Source: an uncultured Candidatus Saccharibacteria bacterium (GTDB lineage Bacteria; Patescibacteriota; Minisyncoccia; Phycocordibacterales; UBA1006). From it: a stretch of 64,000 nucleotides of DNA. The notes beneath the pieces were generated by a model. The model made no database searches and had not been told where the DNA came from. It saw only the letters and a list, made by a program, of their open reading frames with translations. Each line of letters starts with the position of its first letter. Position 1 is the stretch's first letter. The stretch spans positions 20,127 to 84,126 of the forward strand of contig CAZROP010000001.1 in assembly GCA_964601935.1 (NCBI GenBank), read 5' to 3'. The translations under genes and the position numbers were made by a program. Positions 39,901 to 49,227 of this stretch are shown here, piece after piece.

Positions 39901-42900
39901 TCGAGAGTTATAGCGTAACCAATATCATTATTGGCTGATCCACCCAGGTATGTACTTGCGATCAAGTTTGTAAGATTACTAGGAAATTGTGATATGAAAG
40001 CATCTTGTGTACCACCAATAACAGTATCATATGCTCCAATCGTTGTAGGAAATCCTGTTCCCCCTACTAACCCTGTTACGTATACGTTATTGGTAGAATC
40101 GATATCTATACTATAGCCACTATCTATATTACCTGTGCCACCGAGGAGTGTGCTGGCGGTAAGACTGGCGAGTGTGCTTGGTAGCTTTGAAATAAAGATA
40201 TCTGCTGCACCGCTCAAACTCGTGTCATAAGCACCAACCGTTGTTGGGAACGCTGTTGCTGCTAAACCTGTGACATAAACATTGTTGCTGGAATCCAGGG
40301 CTATGTCGTAGCCAGTATCATTACCTGTACCACCGAGGAGTGTGCTGGCGGTAAGACTGGCGAGTGTGCTTGGTAGCTTTGAAATAAAAGCGTCGCGCGA
40401 TCCACCGATAACAGTATCATATGCTCCAATTGTTACCGGAAAAGTAGATTCTGCCTGACCTGTCACATAAACATTGTTGCTGGAATCCAGGGTTAGGTTA
40501 TACGCGATGTCTGTATTCGTCCCACCGAGAAATGTACTCGCGGTGAGGGTTGCAAGACTACTAGGAAGTATCGATATAAAAGCATCGCTGCCACCTCCCA
40601 CAGTTGTATCATAAGCACCACCCGTTGTCGGGAACGCTGGCCCAGCACCACCTGCCACATAAACATTGTTGCTGGAATCCAGGGCTATACCGTAACCAGT
40701 ATCAATGCCCGTTCCGCCCAGAAAGGTACTAGCTGTCAGGCTAGTTAGCGTGCTCGGAAGTACTGACACAAAAGCATCAGTAGAGGCACCCCCACTAAGC
40801 GCAGTCTGATATGCTCCGACTGTTGTAGGAAAACCTGTTGCTGCAGAGCCTGTGACATAAACATTGTTGCTGGAATCCAGAACTATATCATATCCAATAT
40901 CAGAACCTGCCCCTCCCAAGTAAGTCGCAGCTGCAAGCGTCGTAAGTCCGTTATTGAATTTATAAATCACTACATCCTCAGCACCACCATATGTAGTATC
41001 ATAAGTTCCTGCGCCAGCTGGCGAGTGACTCCTGGATTGACCAACCATATAAATATTACCAGATGTATCGACTGTAATACCGCGACCTATATCATTACCC
41101 GTTGAACCAATTTGATCGCCTCCATACAATGTGCTGGCGGTCAACGCCGTGAGATTGCTGGACAACTTGGAAATAAAAACATCTTGTGATGCGCCTAGCG
41201 TAGTGTCATAAGCACCACCTGTTGTCGGGAACGCTGTTGCAGCTGTACCAGTTATATACACATTATTAGTGGCATCCAATGCTATATCATTCCCAGCTTC
41301 AGTGCTGGTACCACCTAAAACTGTACTCGCAGTCAATGTAGCGAGAGTACTGGGAAATACGGAGACAAAGGCATCCGTACCGCTCACAGTTGTATCATAA
41401 GCACCACCTGTTGTCGGGAACGCTGTTGCAGCATCGCCTACGACGTACACATTGTTACTAGCGTCTAATATAATTCCTCGCCCTATATCAGTACTACTTC
41501 CACCTAGAAATGTACTCGCGGTGAGGGTTGCAAGATTGCTGGGAAGTATCGATATAAATGCATCAGTACCACTAATAGTGGTATCATATGCGCCCACTGT
41601 TGTAGGAAAACCTGTTGCTGCTTGACCTGTAATATATACATTACTACTGGAATCTACTGCAATATCATTACCTGCATCTGCACCAGATCCGCCAAGATAT
41701 GTGCTAGCATTCAGAGTAGTGAGATCGGCAGGTAACGCAGCAACAAATGCATCCAATGAACTACCTCCATACGAAATATCATACGCCCCGACAGTCGTTG
41801 GAAAACTCCCCGACGTACTACCTGTCAGATACAGCATATTTCCTGTACCCCACACCATACTTACTGCCCTATCGTTGCCCGATCCGCCCAGATATGTGCT
41901 AGCATTCAGAGTAGTGAGATCTGGAGAAAATACGGTTATAAAAGCATCTGTGGTCGAACCCCCATGTGTTATCTGGTAACTTCCAGCTGTTACAGGAAAC
42001 CCCGATGCCGCCTCTCCTGCTATATAAATCGCATTATCAGCACCCACCAGTATGCTGGTACTTCCTTCATTACTCGCGGCACCACCTAGAAATGTGCTAG
42101 CAGTTAAGGTAGACAAATCATTAGTGAGTTTCGAAACGAATACATCAACAGTACCACCACCAAAAGTAGGCTGATAGACACCTGCTGTGGTTGGAAATCC
42201 ACTTGCAGCAGTCCCGACTATATAGACATTGCCTGAACTATCCAGTGCAATATCATTGCCTGTATCTGCACCAGACCCTCCTAAAAATGTTTGCCCCTGC
42301 AAGGTCGTCATTGCATCATCGAACTTTAGCACTAGAATATCACCCAAACCATTCGGTGTCGTATCATAGCCTAGACCTGTTATGGTTGGATCGCCTGTTC
42401 TACCTATTATAAAGACAGAATTATTATGCCATACAATACCGTTGCCTGTTTCGAGCTCTGTATACGACTCACCCCCTACATACGTACTCGCCAACAACGG
42501 ATCAATATATAACATATGTGTTGTATCATATTCTCCAACATCGAATCCGTAGGAGTCATTGTTTTGATAAAGTGTGTACTCTACATCTACGGATACTTTT
42601 TCTCCATTGATGTATTGAAAAGCAACAGGTGCGGTCATACGAACACCTCCTGCCCGGGTATTAATTATCAGTTCTCCTGTATCTTCATCGATAGAGAGGT
42701 CTTCTATACCTTCTATTGCAACCTGAATAGTGTCTGGTGATGACTGCGGTGATACGTTGAATATCTTTTCTATATTCTTTTGATAGGCGCGCAGAGTTAC
42801 ACCTATGCCTGGCCATACTAGTGTAAACTCTAAATCTTTATGAGTGTTCAGGTCAGTTTCCCATTTACTAGAATCATCGCCTATGAATCGTGATACTGTT

Positions 42901-43274
42901 GTTTCTGATTTCTGTGCTGGAACCAGATTATTAGTACTACCTCCAACAAACTGTTCGCGAAATGTAGTATCAGGCAACGCATAGGTAATACCCTCTGATC
43001 CAGCATATACTGTTCCAGCACTAGTAACCGCGTAGTACGGATATTGTTGTGCCTCTCCTAGGTTGCCTGAGTTTTCTATCCAAGGCAACTGTACCCGTGC
43101 CATACTTGCCTGTTGATCTGAAGTGAGGGCGGTTTCTGAACTTTCTATATCGGGCACGAGTGCTGCAGTGTTCGCATAGGAAATATTGGGGAGCATGAGT
43201 GTACTGCAGAATATTATGAGAAGGGTGGATGTTGCTATTTTTTTAAAAGATTGAAGGGTTTTTTTTGTTGGCAT
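36924..43274 (-). CDS. Giant secreted protein (2116 aa): SBBP beta-propeller repeats, Delta-60/DUF5122 repeats, C-terminal PG-binding-like domains
   Basis: Signal peptide; LYIDPL..STY.GG; repeated IALDSSNNVYVTG..FPTT.GAYD; QPDGKILVGG.F..IARLN.DG.RD repeats; C-terminus paralogous to 18428-21979. Confidence 0.88.
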   Translation of the reverse strand: MPTKKTLQSFKKIATSTLLIIFCSTLMLPNISYANTAALVPDIESSETALTSDQQASMARVQLPWIENSGNLGEAQQYPYYAVTSAGTVYAGSEGITYALPDTTFREQFVGGSTNNLVPAQKSETTVSRFIGDDSSKWETDLNTHKDLEFTLVWPGIGVTLRAYQKNIEKIFNVSPQSSPDTIQVAIEGIEDLSIDEDTGELIINTRAGGVRMTAPVAFQYINGEKVSVDVEYTLYQNNDSYGFDVGEYDTTHMLYIDPLLASTYVGGESYTELETGNGIVWHNNSVFIIGRTGDPTITGLGYDTTPNGLGDILVLKFDDAMTTLQGQTFLGGSGADTGNDIALDSSGNVYIVGTAASGFPTTAGVYQPTFGGGTVDVFVSKLTNDLSTLTASTFLGGAASNEGSTSILVGADNAIYIAGEAASGFPVTAGSYQITHGGSTTDAFITVFSPDLTTLNASTYLGGSGNDRAVSMVWGTGNMLYLTGSTSGSFPTTVGAYDISYGGSSLDAFVAALPADLTTLNASTYLGGSGADAGNDIAVDSSSNVYITGQAATGFPTTVGAYDTTISGTDAFISILPSNLATLTASTFLGGSSTDIGRGIILDASNNVYVVGDAATAFPTTGGAYDTTVSGTDAFVSVFPSTLATLTASTVLGGTSTEAGNDIALDATNNVYITGTAATAFPTTGGAYDTTLGASQDVFISKLSSNLTALTASTLYGGDQIGSTGNDIGRGITVDTSGNIYMVGQSRSHSPAGAGTYDTTYGGAEDVVIYKFNNGLTTLAAATYLGGAGSDIGYDIVLDSSNNVYVTGSAATGFPTTVGAYQTALSGGASTDAFVSVLPSTLTSLTASTFLGGTGIDTGYGIALDSSNNVYVAGGAGPAFPTTGGAYDTTVGGGSDAFISILPSSLATLTASTFLGGTNTDIAYNLTLDSSNNVYVTGQAESTFPVTIGAYDTVIGGSRDAFISKLPSTLASLTASTLLGGTGNDTGYDIALDSSNNVYVTGLAATAFPTTVGAYDTSLSGAADIFISKLPSTLASLTASTLLGGTGNIDSGYSIDIDSTNNVYVTGLVGGTGFPTTIGAYDTVIGGTQDAFISQFPSNLTNLIASTYLGGSANNDIGYAITLDSTNNIYLTGQTGTAFPTTAGVYQAELAGGTDAFISVLDMAFPPRYTISGNVYANDGITPVADNITVQLFVNGVSINTAVTSGGAYSFSGVQLYDGDIITLYIEDEAGVAVARKDGISLTGLDIYADRVTVWGLDRGGINDPAFSPAASLNNTVNAIVVQPDGKIVIGGNFTDYDGQANLDYIARLNADGTRDTGFSIFAAFNASINSLALQSDGKILVGGGFTDYGAQANLDRIARLNTNGSRDTSFIPVGASTGSVSSINLDADERIVIAGSFTDYDSEPNLDGIARLNTDGTRDTTFAPAVAFGQIVQSAAIQPDGKILVGGFFESYDALPELAYLARINADGTRDTTFVPSVALSDYVYNIVIQPDGKILVGGEFQNYDAQPNLDRIARLNTDGTRDTSFMVPAGFGAGVYTLALQPDGKILVGGNFNDYNGQSNLDKITRLNTDGTRDTTFIPSALSASVYSFAVQPGGKVLVGGDFVDHEGHLALDKILRISDGAMTNADLVLAKSGDPSIPISSLMGTLPHEVVFITAGTFFIPSGSMFTSGETITLNTGGGTGSMVNQGTFTAPSDTLNIAGTFTNTGTFNHNNGTVVFSSGDDHALTGATTWNNLTFSDSSNNSTPAVITLPTGGTQTVAGVLTLNGLDANDRLSIVSSMPDTAATIDMAGSSTFVSSGFLSIKDSVITDNSSVFSTPVDPANSTNVGNTTGWFSPLIVTPPQSSSGGGGGVIPIIPVPIVTKAADIPTPTLSSTQPISTTTPTGKVDWKSIQSMLRTLGYKTTITGRQNTTTTKAITDLHKKNNIPVETNILSNPFMTKLIELYNAKKTKKPTTYASGGEVLPTCTSAYKVIDSQLSVDQKAVYGSLPNVTILTGKGIDLRGFSRAFDTYPVLPLHSDIQCHVSGIPDVVLETACSALPLTTISSLSPKSSVASLQRFIAYVMKGEIVVDGVYGRSSKAYIRLLQNRLGLTETGVYTAVLGAKLKTLAECPK
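37345..37638. repeat. 294-bp exact direct repeat, copy 2
   Basis: Identical to 18849-19142. Confidence 0.9.
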
Positions 43275-43532
43275 ATTGTTTGACTGGGGGGGGCACTTAA
43301 CTGCTTTTTAAAATGATGCCAGCGATCTCATCTACCATAGCGGTATTCTTGTCCTCGAATGGCTTACTATATCTAATAACACCTCTCTAGTGTAGCAGGT
43401 ATACTGTATTTTTGTAGCTTATAACTATATAATATAGTGTGAAAAACGAGTAGGTTGCAGTGTTTTGACAAAAACATATTCCTCTCGTGTACAAACATCA
43501 GCTTTCACAAGAAATGATATACTATATCTCCT

Positions 43533-44297
43533 ATGCATAATCTGCCTATAAAACCCGTATACCGTCCCAAACATATGACACTAGAAGAAATACGTGATGG
43601 ATGTATCACACTCACCAATGGGGATAACATTGAAACACGGGTGTGTATCGCTCAAGAAGAACTCCGCCAAGGCATCGACATGGTTGCACGTTATCCACGA
43701 TCGGTAACAATGTATGGATCCGCACGAATCACCGAGGACCATCCTGACTACCAGCGAGCACAGCGCATCGCACGACGTGTTGTCGCAGAACTAGGTTATG
43801 CAGTTGTTACCGGGGGAGGTCCTGGAATAATGGAGGCTGCTAACCGTGGTGCGACAGAAGCAGGTGGTGTATCCATAGGTCTCACTATTCGACTACCTCA
43901 CGAGCAGTACACTAATCCATATGTAAACGTAGAGGTTCCTTTTTATTACTTCTTCACACGAAAAACTACCCTATCGTTTTCGTCAGAGGCATACCTAGCA
44001 TTTACGGGAGGATTTGGAACATTCGATGAAATATTTGAAATAATCACCCTGATGCAAACAGGTAAAATACCCCGCGTCCCTGTTCTGTTGGTAGGATCAG
44101 CGTTCTGGACACCTTTGATTAACGCTACGCGTCATACATTACTGGATACATATCACACTATTTCCTCATCTGATATGGACTTATTTACAATAACCGACGA
44201 TGAAGATTTTATAGTCGAAACAATCCGAAAAGCACCAGCACGAGATACCGCCATTACAGAAGATCCTTCTATCGACTCTGTCGCATACGCTGAATAA
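43533..44297 (+). CDS. LOG family protein (TIGR00730-like)
   Basis: GSAR, TGGGPGIMEAANRGA, FFTRK and GGFGTFDE motifs. Confidence 0.9.
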   Translation: MHNLPIKPVYRPKHMTLEEIRDGCITLTNGDNIETRVCIAQEELRQGIDMVARYPRSVTMYGSARITEDHPDYQRAQRIARRVVAELGYAVVTGGGPGIMEAANRGATEAGGVSIGLTIRLPHEQYTNPYVNVEVPFYYFFTRKTTLSFSSEAYLAFTGGFGTFDEIFEIITLMQTGKIPRVPVLLVGSAFWTPLINATRHTLLDTYHTISSSDMDLFTITDDEDFIVETIRKAPARDTAITEDPSIDSVAYAE

Positions 44298-44553
44298 TAC
44301 GCAATGCCTGTGCAGGATCCTTTTTCAGAATATTGGACATACGTGTCACAGTCGCGATAGACACCCTCAGACGATCTGCTATTGTGCGGTGTGACTCGCG
44401 GCCCTCCTCTACTGCGCGAAGTATCTCCAGCCTGCGGGCGATACCATCATACTCTTTATCAGTCAGTAGCAGCTCGAAAACAGAGTGCAGGGTACGCTTG
44501 TCAGACGAAAAAGCCTTTATAGTAGCCAATAATTGTTCATGATGCCAATCCAT
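44269..44553 (-). CDS. TrpR/YerC-like helix-turn-helix regulator
   Basis: LLT.KEY..I.RRL.I and SHR.IA..L.VSIATVTR.SN.LK motifs. Confidence 0.85.
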   Translation of the reverse strand: MDWHHEQLLATIKAFSSDKRTLHSVFELLLTDKEYDGIARRLEILRAVEEGRESHRTIADRLRVSIATVTRMSNILKKDPAQALRIIQRMRQSR

Positions 44554-44586
44554 ATACTTTCTATACTAGCTGAAAGCAGCCCACTG

Positions 44587-44608
44587 TCTAGCGTACTAGT
44601 ACGCTAGA
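44587..44608. promoter_or_regulatory. Perfect 22-bp palindrome overlapping the putative -35 of the trpR-like gene (candidate operator)
   Basis: TCTAGCGTACTAGTACGCTAGA; minus-strand TAGACA-N16-TAGTAT lies upstream of ATG 44553. Confidence 0.6.
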
Positions 44609-44628
44609 GCTATTTTTGACATATCTGT

Positions 44629-46443
44629 CTAGTCGTGGTATGCACTTGCTTGGGCTGTATAGAGCTGGTGATATCTTCCCTGTTTGCTGATGAGTTCTGA
44701 GTGACTACCCTGCTCTTGCACCTCTCCATGTTCGAGTACTACAATAATGTCTGACTGGCGAACAGTTGAAAATCTATGCGAAATTGTCAGCAGTGTTTTG
44801 TGGGCTGAATTTTTGTACAGACTCTCGAATATTTCTTGTTCTGCGATAGCATCTACTGCACTCGTAGGCTCATCCAGAATAATCATTTGAGCATCACGGT
44901 ACATAACACGTGCTATTGCCATACGCTGTCGCTCTCCACCCGATAACTCTTTTCCGTCGAATTCACGCCCGACCTGTGAATCGTAGCTATCCGTCCAGTT
45001 TTCTATAAAACTATATGCATGAGATGCCCTTGCGGCTTGCAACATTCTTTTTTCATCATAGGGATTATTAGTGTCACCCAGCGCAATTATTTCTTTTGCT
45101 TTTAGTTTGAAATTAGCGAACTCTTGCATCAAAACAGCTGCATTATGATAGAAGGTATCCAAATCAATATCCTTGATATCAATCCCGTTTATATAAATTG
45201 CACCCTCATCAGGATCATAAACCCGCAACAGTAAATGTACAAATGTTGTTTTTCCAGCACCATTATGACCTACCAAGGCAACCTTCTGACCTCTACCTAT
45301 GGTCAGGTTTAAGTTTTTGAACACATAATTATCGCCACCAGGATATTTGAACCATACATTTCTGAATTCTATTTCAATGCCTGACGAATAGTCTACATAC
45401 GCAGGATTTGTAGGAACCACTAACACATTCTCAATCTCCATTACTTTTACTAATTCATGTGAGTAGCGCACATCTTTACTGAATTTGCCAATTAGGTTAA
45501 ACATCCTTCCCAAGTCGCCTTGTAATTTAGAAAACGCACCCAGAGCAACGGTAAATTGCCCCACACTCATTATTCGGGCAACAATCTTTTCAGTAATCAG
45601 GTAGATTGCACCAGCAAATGCACTGATATAAATAAATGATCCTATGAATTCGTCACCCAAACGCTGCTTGTCAGTCTTTTGCATCTTTGACTGAAATGAT
45701 TCCATGTATCCGACTATTCGATTCAAGAAATATTTAATGTTCTGGAATAATCTTATTTCGATCAGAGATATCTTGTTATGTAACAGGTTTTTGTTCTCGT
45801 CGAGCTGGCGACGCTCATATGTGTCCTCGTCCCATACTCCGTACACACGCTGACCATGGAAATACTCCACTAGAAATACTGGCACAGATGCCAGGACCCC
45901 CAGCACCGCGAATCTCCAATCCAGCGTACCCAAGTACCCAATTGCCAAGAATATACTGATAACGCGTGCAAACATTAGGCTGACATTTTCTGCGGTGCCG
46001 TACACGCGCCATACGCCTTGCTCTCGGGCTTTTGCCCTACGATTCTGATATTCAGAACTTTCGATTATTTGAATATCACGTGTTGCCGTATGCTCTATAA
46101 ACTTTACGATAAGCGCATCAGAAAACTCTCTGAAAAATCGTGTTGCCAGGTAATTATGTAGGTAACCAATAATACTCGGTAACACCAGGGCGCCTGAATA
46201 CACCAAAATATAGGTGTAAAGATACGTATACGTAGTAGTGGCTCCTGCAATAACAGAAACTAATTCATCCAGGATAAATCCCAATGCAAAAATCTCGACG
46301 TACCCAATTACTGCCTGTACGATTTCGATGGCGATCATCAGTGAGTACGTGTAGGGTTTATATCGAAATGCCAATTTCACACATGCCCATCCTGTCCGCA
46401 GAGATTCTGCCAGGGTTAATGTTTCTTTTTGTTTTATATTCAT
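44629..46443 (-). CDS. ABC exporter, fused permease/ATPase
   Basis: TM domain; GHNGAGKTT, LSGGERQR, ILDEPTS and ISHRFST motifs. Confidence 0.93.
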   Translation of the reverse strand: MNIKQKETLTLAESLRTGWACVKLAFRYKPYTYSLMIAIEIVQAVIGYVEIFALGFILDELVSVIAGATTTYTYLYTYILVYSGALVLPSIIGYLHNYLATRFFREFSDALIVKFIEHTATRDIQIIESSEYQNRRAKAREQGVWRVYGTAENVSLMFARVISIFLAIGYLGTLDWRFAVLGVLASVPVFLVEYFHGQRVYGVWDEDTYERRQLDENKNLLHNKISLIEIRLFQNIKYFLNRIVGYMESFQSKMQKTDKQRLGDEFIGSFIYISAFAGAIYLITEKIVARIMSVGQFTVALGAFSKLQGDLGRMFNLIGKFSKDVRYSHELVKVMEIENVLVVPTNPAYVDYSSGIEIEFRNVWFKYPGGDNYVFKNLNLTIGRGQKVALVGHNGAGKTTFVHLLLRVYDPDEGAIYINGIDIKDIDLDTFYHNAAVLMQEFANFKLKAKEIIALGDTNNPYDEKRMLQAARASHAYSFIENWTDSYDSQVGREFDGKELSGGERQRMAIARVMYRDAQMIILDEPTSAVDAIAEQEIFESLYKNSAHKTLLTISHRFSTVRQSDIIVVLEHGEVQEQGSHSELISKQGRYHQLYTAQASAYHD

Positions 46444-46452
46444 ATATTATAT

Positions 46453-47592
46453 CTATAAACTTGAACCAAAGTAATCTATTTTCATAGCACTACGCACTAC
46501 CTGCATTGTTTCTGCTGCCAGTTTGCGCGCTGTAGCAGTGCCATCTTGCAAACTTCTCTCGATTGCGGGAATGTCCTGTTCGAGCTCTGAGCGACGCTGA
46601 CGAATGGGTGCAATCAAAGTGTCGAGTATATCAACCAACCTATCTTTTCCTTCCATATCACCAACCTGGCCCGTCATATAACGCTGTTTCAGATCGGCAA
46701 CATACGCGATATCAGTATCGAATACATCAAGATATTGGAACACGACATTGCCCGCTAATTCTTCTGCGGTTACTGTATCGGTGACACGGACCTTAGAAGG
46801 ACATGTGTATGTGCTCTTTATCTGCTTAATAATTTGATCACGGGTATCTGATAGATAAATAGTGTTACCCAGAGACTTTGACATTTTTGCATTGCCATCT
46901 ATTCCTACTAACCGTGCTGTTTCTCCTACTAGAATATCTACACAAGGAAAGAGATCTGTGCCGTATATTCTATTAAAAGACTTTGCTATTTTATTAGCCT
47001 GCTCTATCATGGGTCGCTGATCTGCGCCAACCGGAACTAGATTTGCCCGGGCGAACAGTATATCGGCAGCCTGCGATACAGGGTAATTTAAAAATCCCAT
47101 TGGAATACCCCTACTAAATAATACATTTCCTCCCTCCGGTGAATTAGACTCATCGACCCTCTCCATAGTATCTCTGAACATGTCTTGTGCGAGGCCGTCG
47201 TTTAGTTTGGAATCTAAACTATACCCTTTTTCTTTTGCCTCTGTTTTTATCGTTGGATTATGAGATAACTGTTGTAGGGTAACCAAATTCATAAACAATA
47301 CCGTCAATTCCGCAATCTCTGGAACCATTGATTGGATAAACATCGTAGTTCGCGTAGGATCCACCCCACATGCCATATTATCAATTACTACCTGCAGCAT
47401 ATTCTCACGCACCTTGGTAGGATTATCGTAATTGTCAGTCAGCGCCTGAATATCGGCGACCATATACAGACGCGTCGAAATACTGTCATCCGCCTGTAAT
47501 TTCAATCTATTCTGAATAGACCCCACATAGTGCCCCAAATGCAGTCTGCCGGTCGGCCTATCCCCTGTTAATACACGCTTTTCATGATTCAT
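46453..47592 (-). CDS. trpS: Tryptophanyl-tRNA synthetase
   Basis: TGDRPTGRLHLGHY, YPVSQAADI, VPVG.DQ and KMSKS motifs. Confidence 0.96.
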   Translation of the reverse strand: MNHEKRVLTGDRPTGRLHLGHYVGSIQNRLKLQADDSISTRLYMVADIQALTDNYDNPTKVRENMLQVVIDNMACGVDPTRTTMFIQSMVPEIAELTVLFMNLVTLQQLSHNPTIKTEAKEKGYSLDSKLNDGLAQDMFRDTMERVDESNSPEGGNVLFSRGIPMGFLNYPVSQAADILFARANLVPVGADQRPMIEQANKIAKSFNRIYGTDLFPCVDILVGETARLVGIDGNAKMSKSLGNTIYLSDTRDQIIKQIKSTYTCPSKVRVTDTVTAEELAGNVVFQYLDVFDTDIAYVADLKQRYMTGQVGDMEGKDRLVDILDTLIAPIRQRRSELEQDIPAIERSLQDGTATARKLAAETMQVVRSAMKIDYFGSSL

Positions 47593-47743
47593 AATAGAAC
47601 CATCCTACCATAATTATAAGGATAACAAAAAGCCTGCGACAGCTCGGATACACACACATCTGGAAAATGTAACCGCGGCGCAGGACTTATCTCAGTTAGT
47701 ATACTTCTAAAAAGCAAAGACTTCCAGACATTTATCTCGAAAA

Positions 47744-49174
47744 CTACCAGGATAATTCTACCTTAAGTAACTCAGTCAACTTTGCAGGATTCGCAGCGCC
47801 TTTTGATGCCTTCATCGCCTGTCCAACCAGGAACATAATGACGGATTCTTTTCCACTGCGATATTCGTCTGCCACCTTCGGATTATTAGCGATAGCTTCG
47901 CGTATAAATACCAGAATTGCTTCATCGTCGTTTTTTTGTATCAGCCCGTGCTTCTCGGCTAACGATTGTGGGTTACCACCCTCCGTTATTATCAAACGCA
48001 AAATATCTTTTGCAGCACGTGATGATAATTCGCCCGCATGAATCATTGCAACCAATTGCGCCATATCAGATATCTCTACCGCAGAGAATACTTTATCTTC
48101 GCCGAATTCCGTAGATAACCCCACCATATCTGACAGAATATAATTGGATACCAACTGCGCTAATGATATATTGTTGTGTAATTCTAAAACTACATTTTCA
48201 AAGTATGTAGCCCACGGAGGGTTCACTATCAGAACATCAATATCATCAGATTTGATACCATACTGCTCTACATAACGTGCGCGCTTTTCATGTGGCAATT
48301 CAGGAAGCTCTTGTCGCAATGTATCTATATCGAAGAGCTCATGGAGCATAAACTTTGATATATCAGGATCAGGGAAATACCGATAATCCTCGCTATTTTC
48401 TTTTAATCTCTGAGATTTCGTCACACCACGCGCGTCATCCCATCCACGTGTCTCCTGTACTATTTCTGACTCCCGACCCTGTTCATATAGTTCTTCCATG
48501 CGCTTTAATTCATAATCAATCGCTTTACCAACTACACTGAACGAGTTTAGGTTTTTTATCTCTACCTTGGTTCCAAATTTGTCTGGGTCAGGTGACAACG
48601 AAATATTTGCCTCCACACGCATCTGGCCCATTTCCATGTTCGCCTCAGAAATACCCAAATAGCGTAATAACAATTGTAGCTCTTTTCCAAACTGCATTGC
48701 CTGCTCTGCGCTATGAATTACAGGCTCTGTCACTAACTCCATCAAAGGTACTCCTGCACGATTAAAATCTACCAGCGTACCATCACTACTGTGCTCACTA
48801 GTTGCTGTGTCTTCTTCTAAATGCACACGGGTGATGGCAACCCCTGCGACAGACCCGCCCGATACTATAGGGTATTTGTACTGGCTAATCTGATAGCCTT
48901 TTGGCATATCAGGATAAAAGTAATTTTTGCGGTCAAACTCGGTAAAATTTGTAATGGTTCCATTGACTGCCAATCCCATCATAATTACCGATCGTATGGC
49001 AGCAGTATTGGGTACTGGGATAGCCCCTGGATGTGCCATACATACAGGACAAATATGAACATTTGGTCCAGACGCATGAAATGGATCGTTCACGCAACTA
49101 CAGAACATTTTTGACTGAGTATTCAGTTCTGCATGGATTTCCAGACCAATGGTTGGATAATAGGTTCGTGACAT
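47744..49174 (-). CDS. gatB: Asp/Glu-tRNA amidotransferase subunit B
   Basis: IGLEIHAEL, FDRKNYFYPD.PKGYQISQ, HLEED and YRYFPDPD motifs. Confidence 0.97.
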   Translation of the reverse strand: MSRTYYPTIGLEIHAELNTQSKMFCSCVNDPFHASGPNVHICPVCMAHPGAIPVPNTAAIRSVIMMGLAVNGTITNFTEFDRKNYFYPDMPKGYQISQYKYPIVSGGSVAGVAITRVHLEEDTATSEHSSDGTLVDFNRAGVPLMELVTEPVIHSAEQAMQFGKELQLLLRYLGISEANMEMGQMRVEANISLSPDPDKFGTKVEIKNLNSFSVVGKAIDYELKRMEELYEQGRESEIVQETRGWDDARGVTKSQRLKENSEDYRYFPDPDISKFMLHELFDIDTLRQELPELPHEKRARYVEQYGIKSDDIDVLIVNPPWATYFENVVLELHNNISLAQLVSNYILSDMVGLSTEFGEDKVFSAVEISDMAQLVAMIHAGELSSRAAKDILRLIITEGGNPQSLAEKHGLIQKNDDEAILVFIREAIANNPKVADEYRSGKESVIMFLVGQAMKASKGAANPAKLTELLKVELSW

Positions 49175-49227
49175 ATGCGACCAGTCTACCAGACTATGGC
49201 AAAAATCCAAAGCTGGCACCCAATCTA

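Noticed and set aside
18428-43274. CRISPR array
   Set aside because: The repeats are in-frame protein repeats without spacers, and no cas genes are present.
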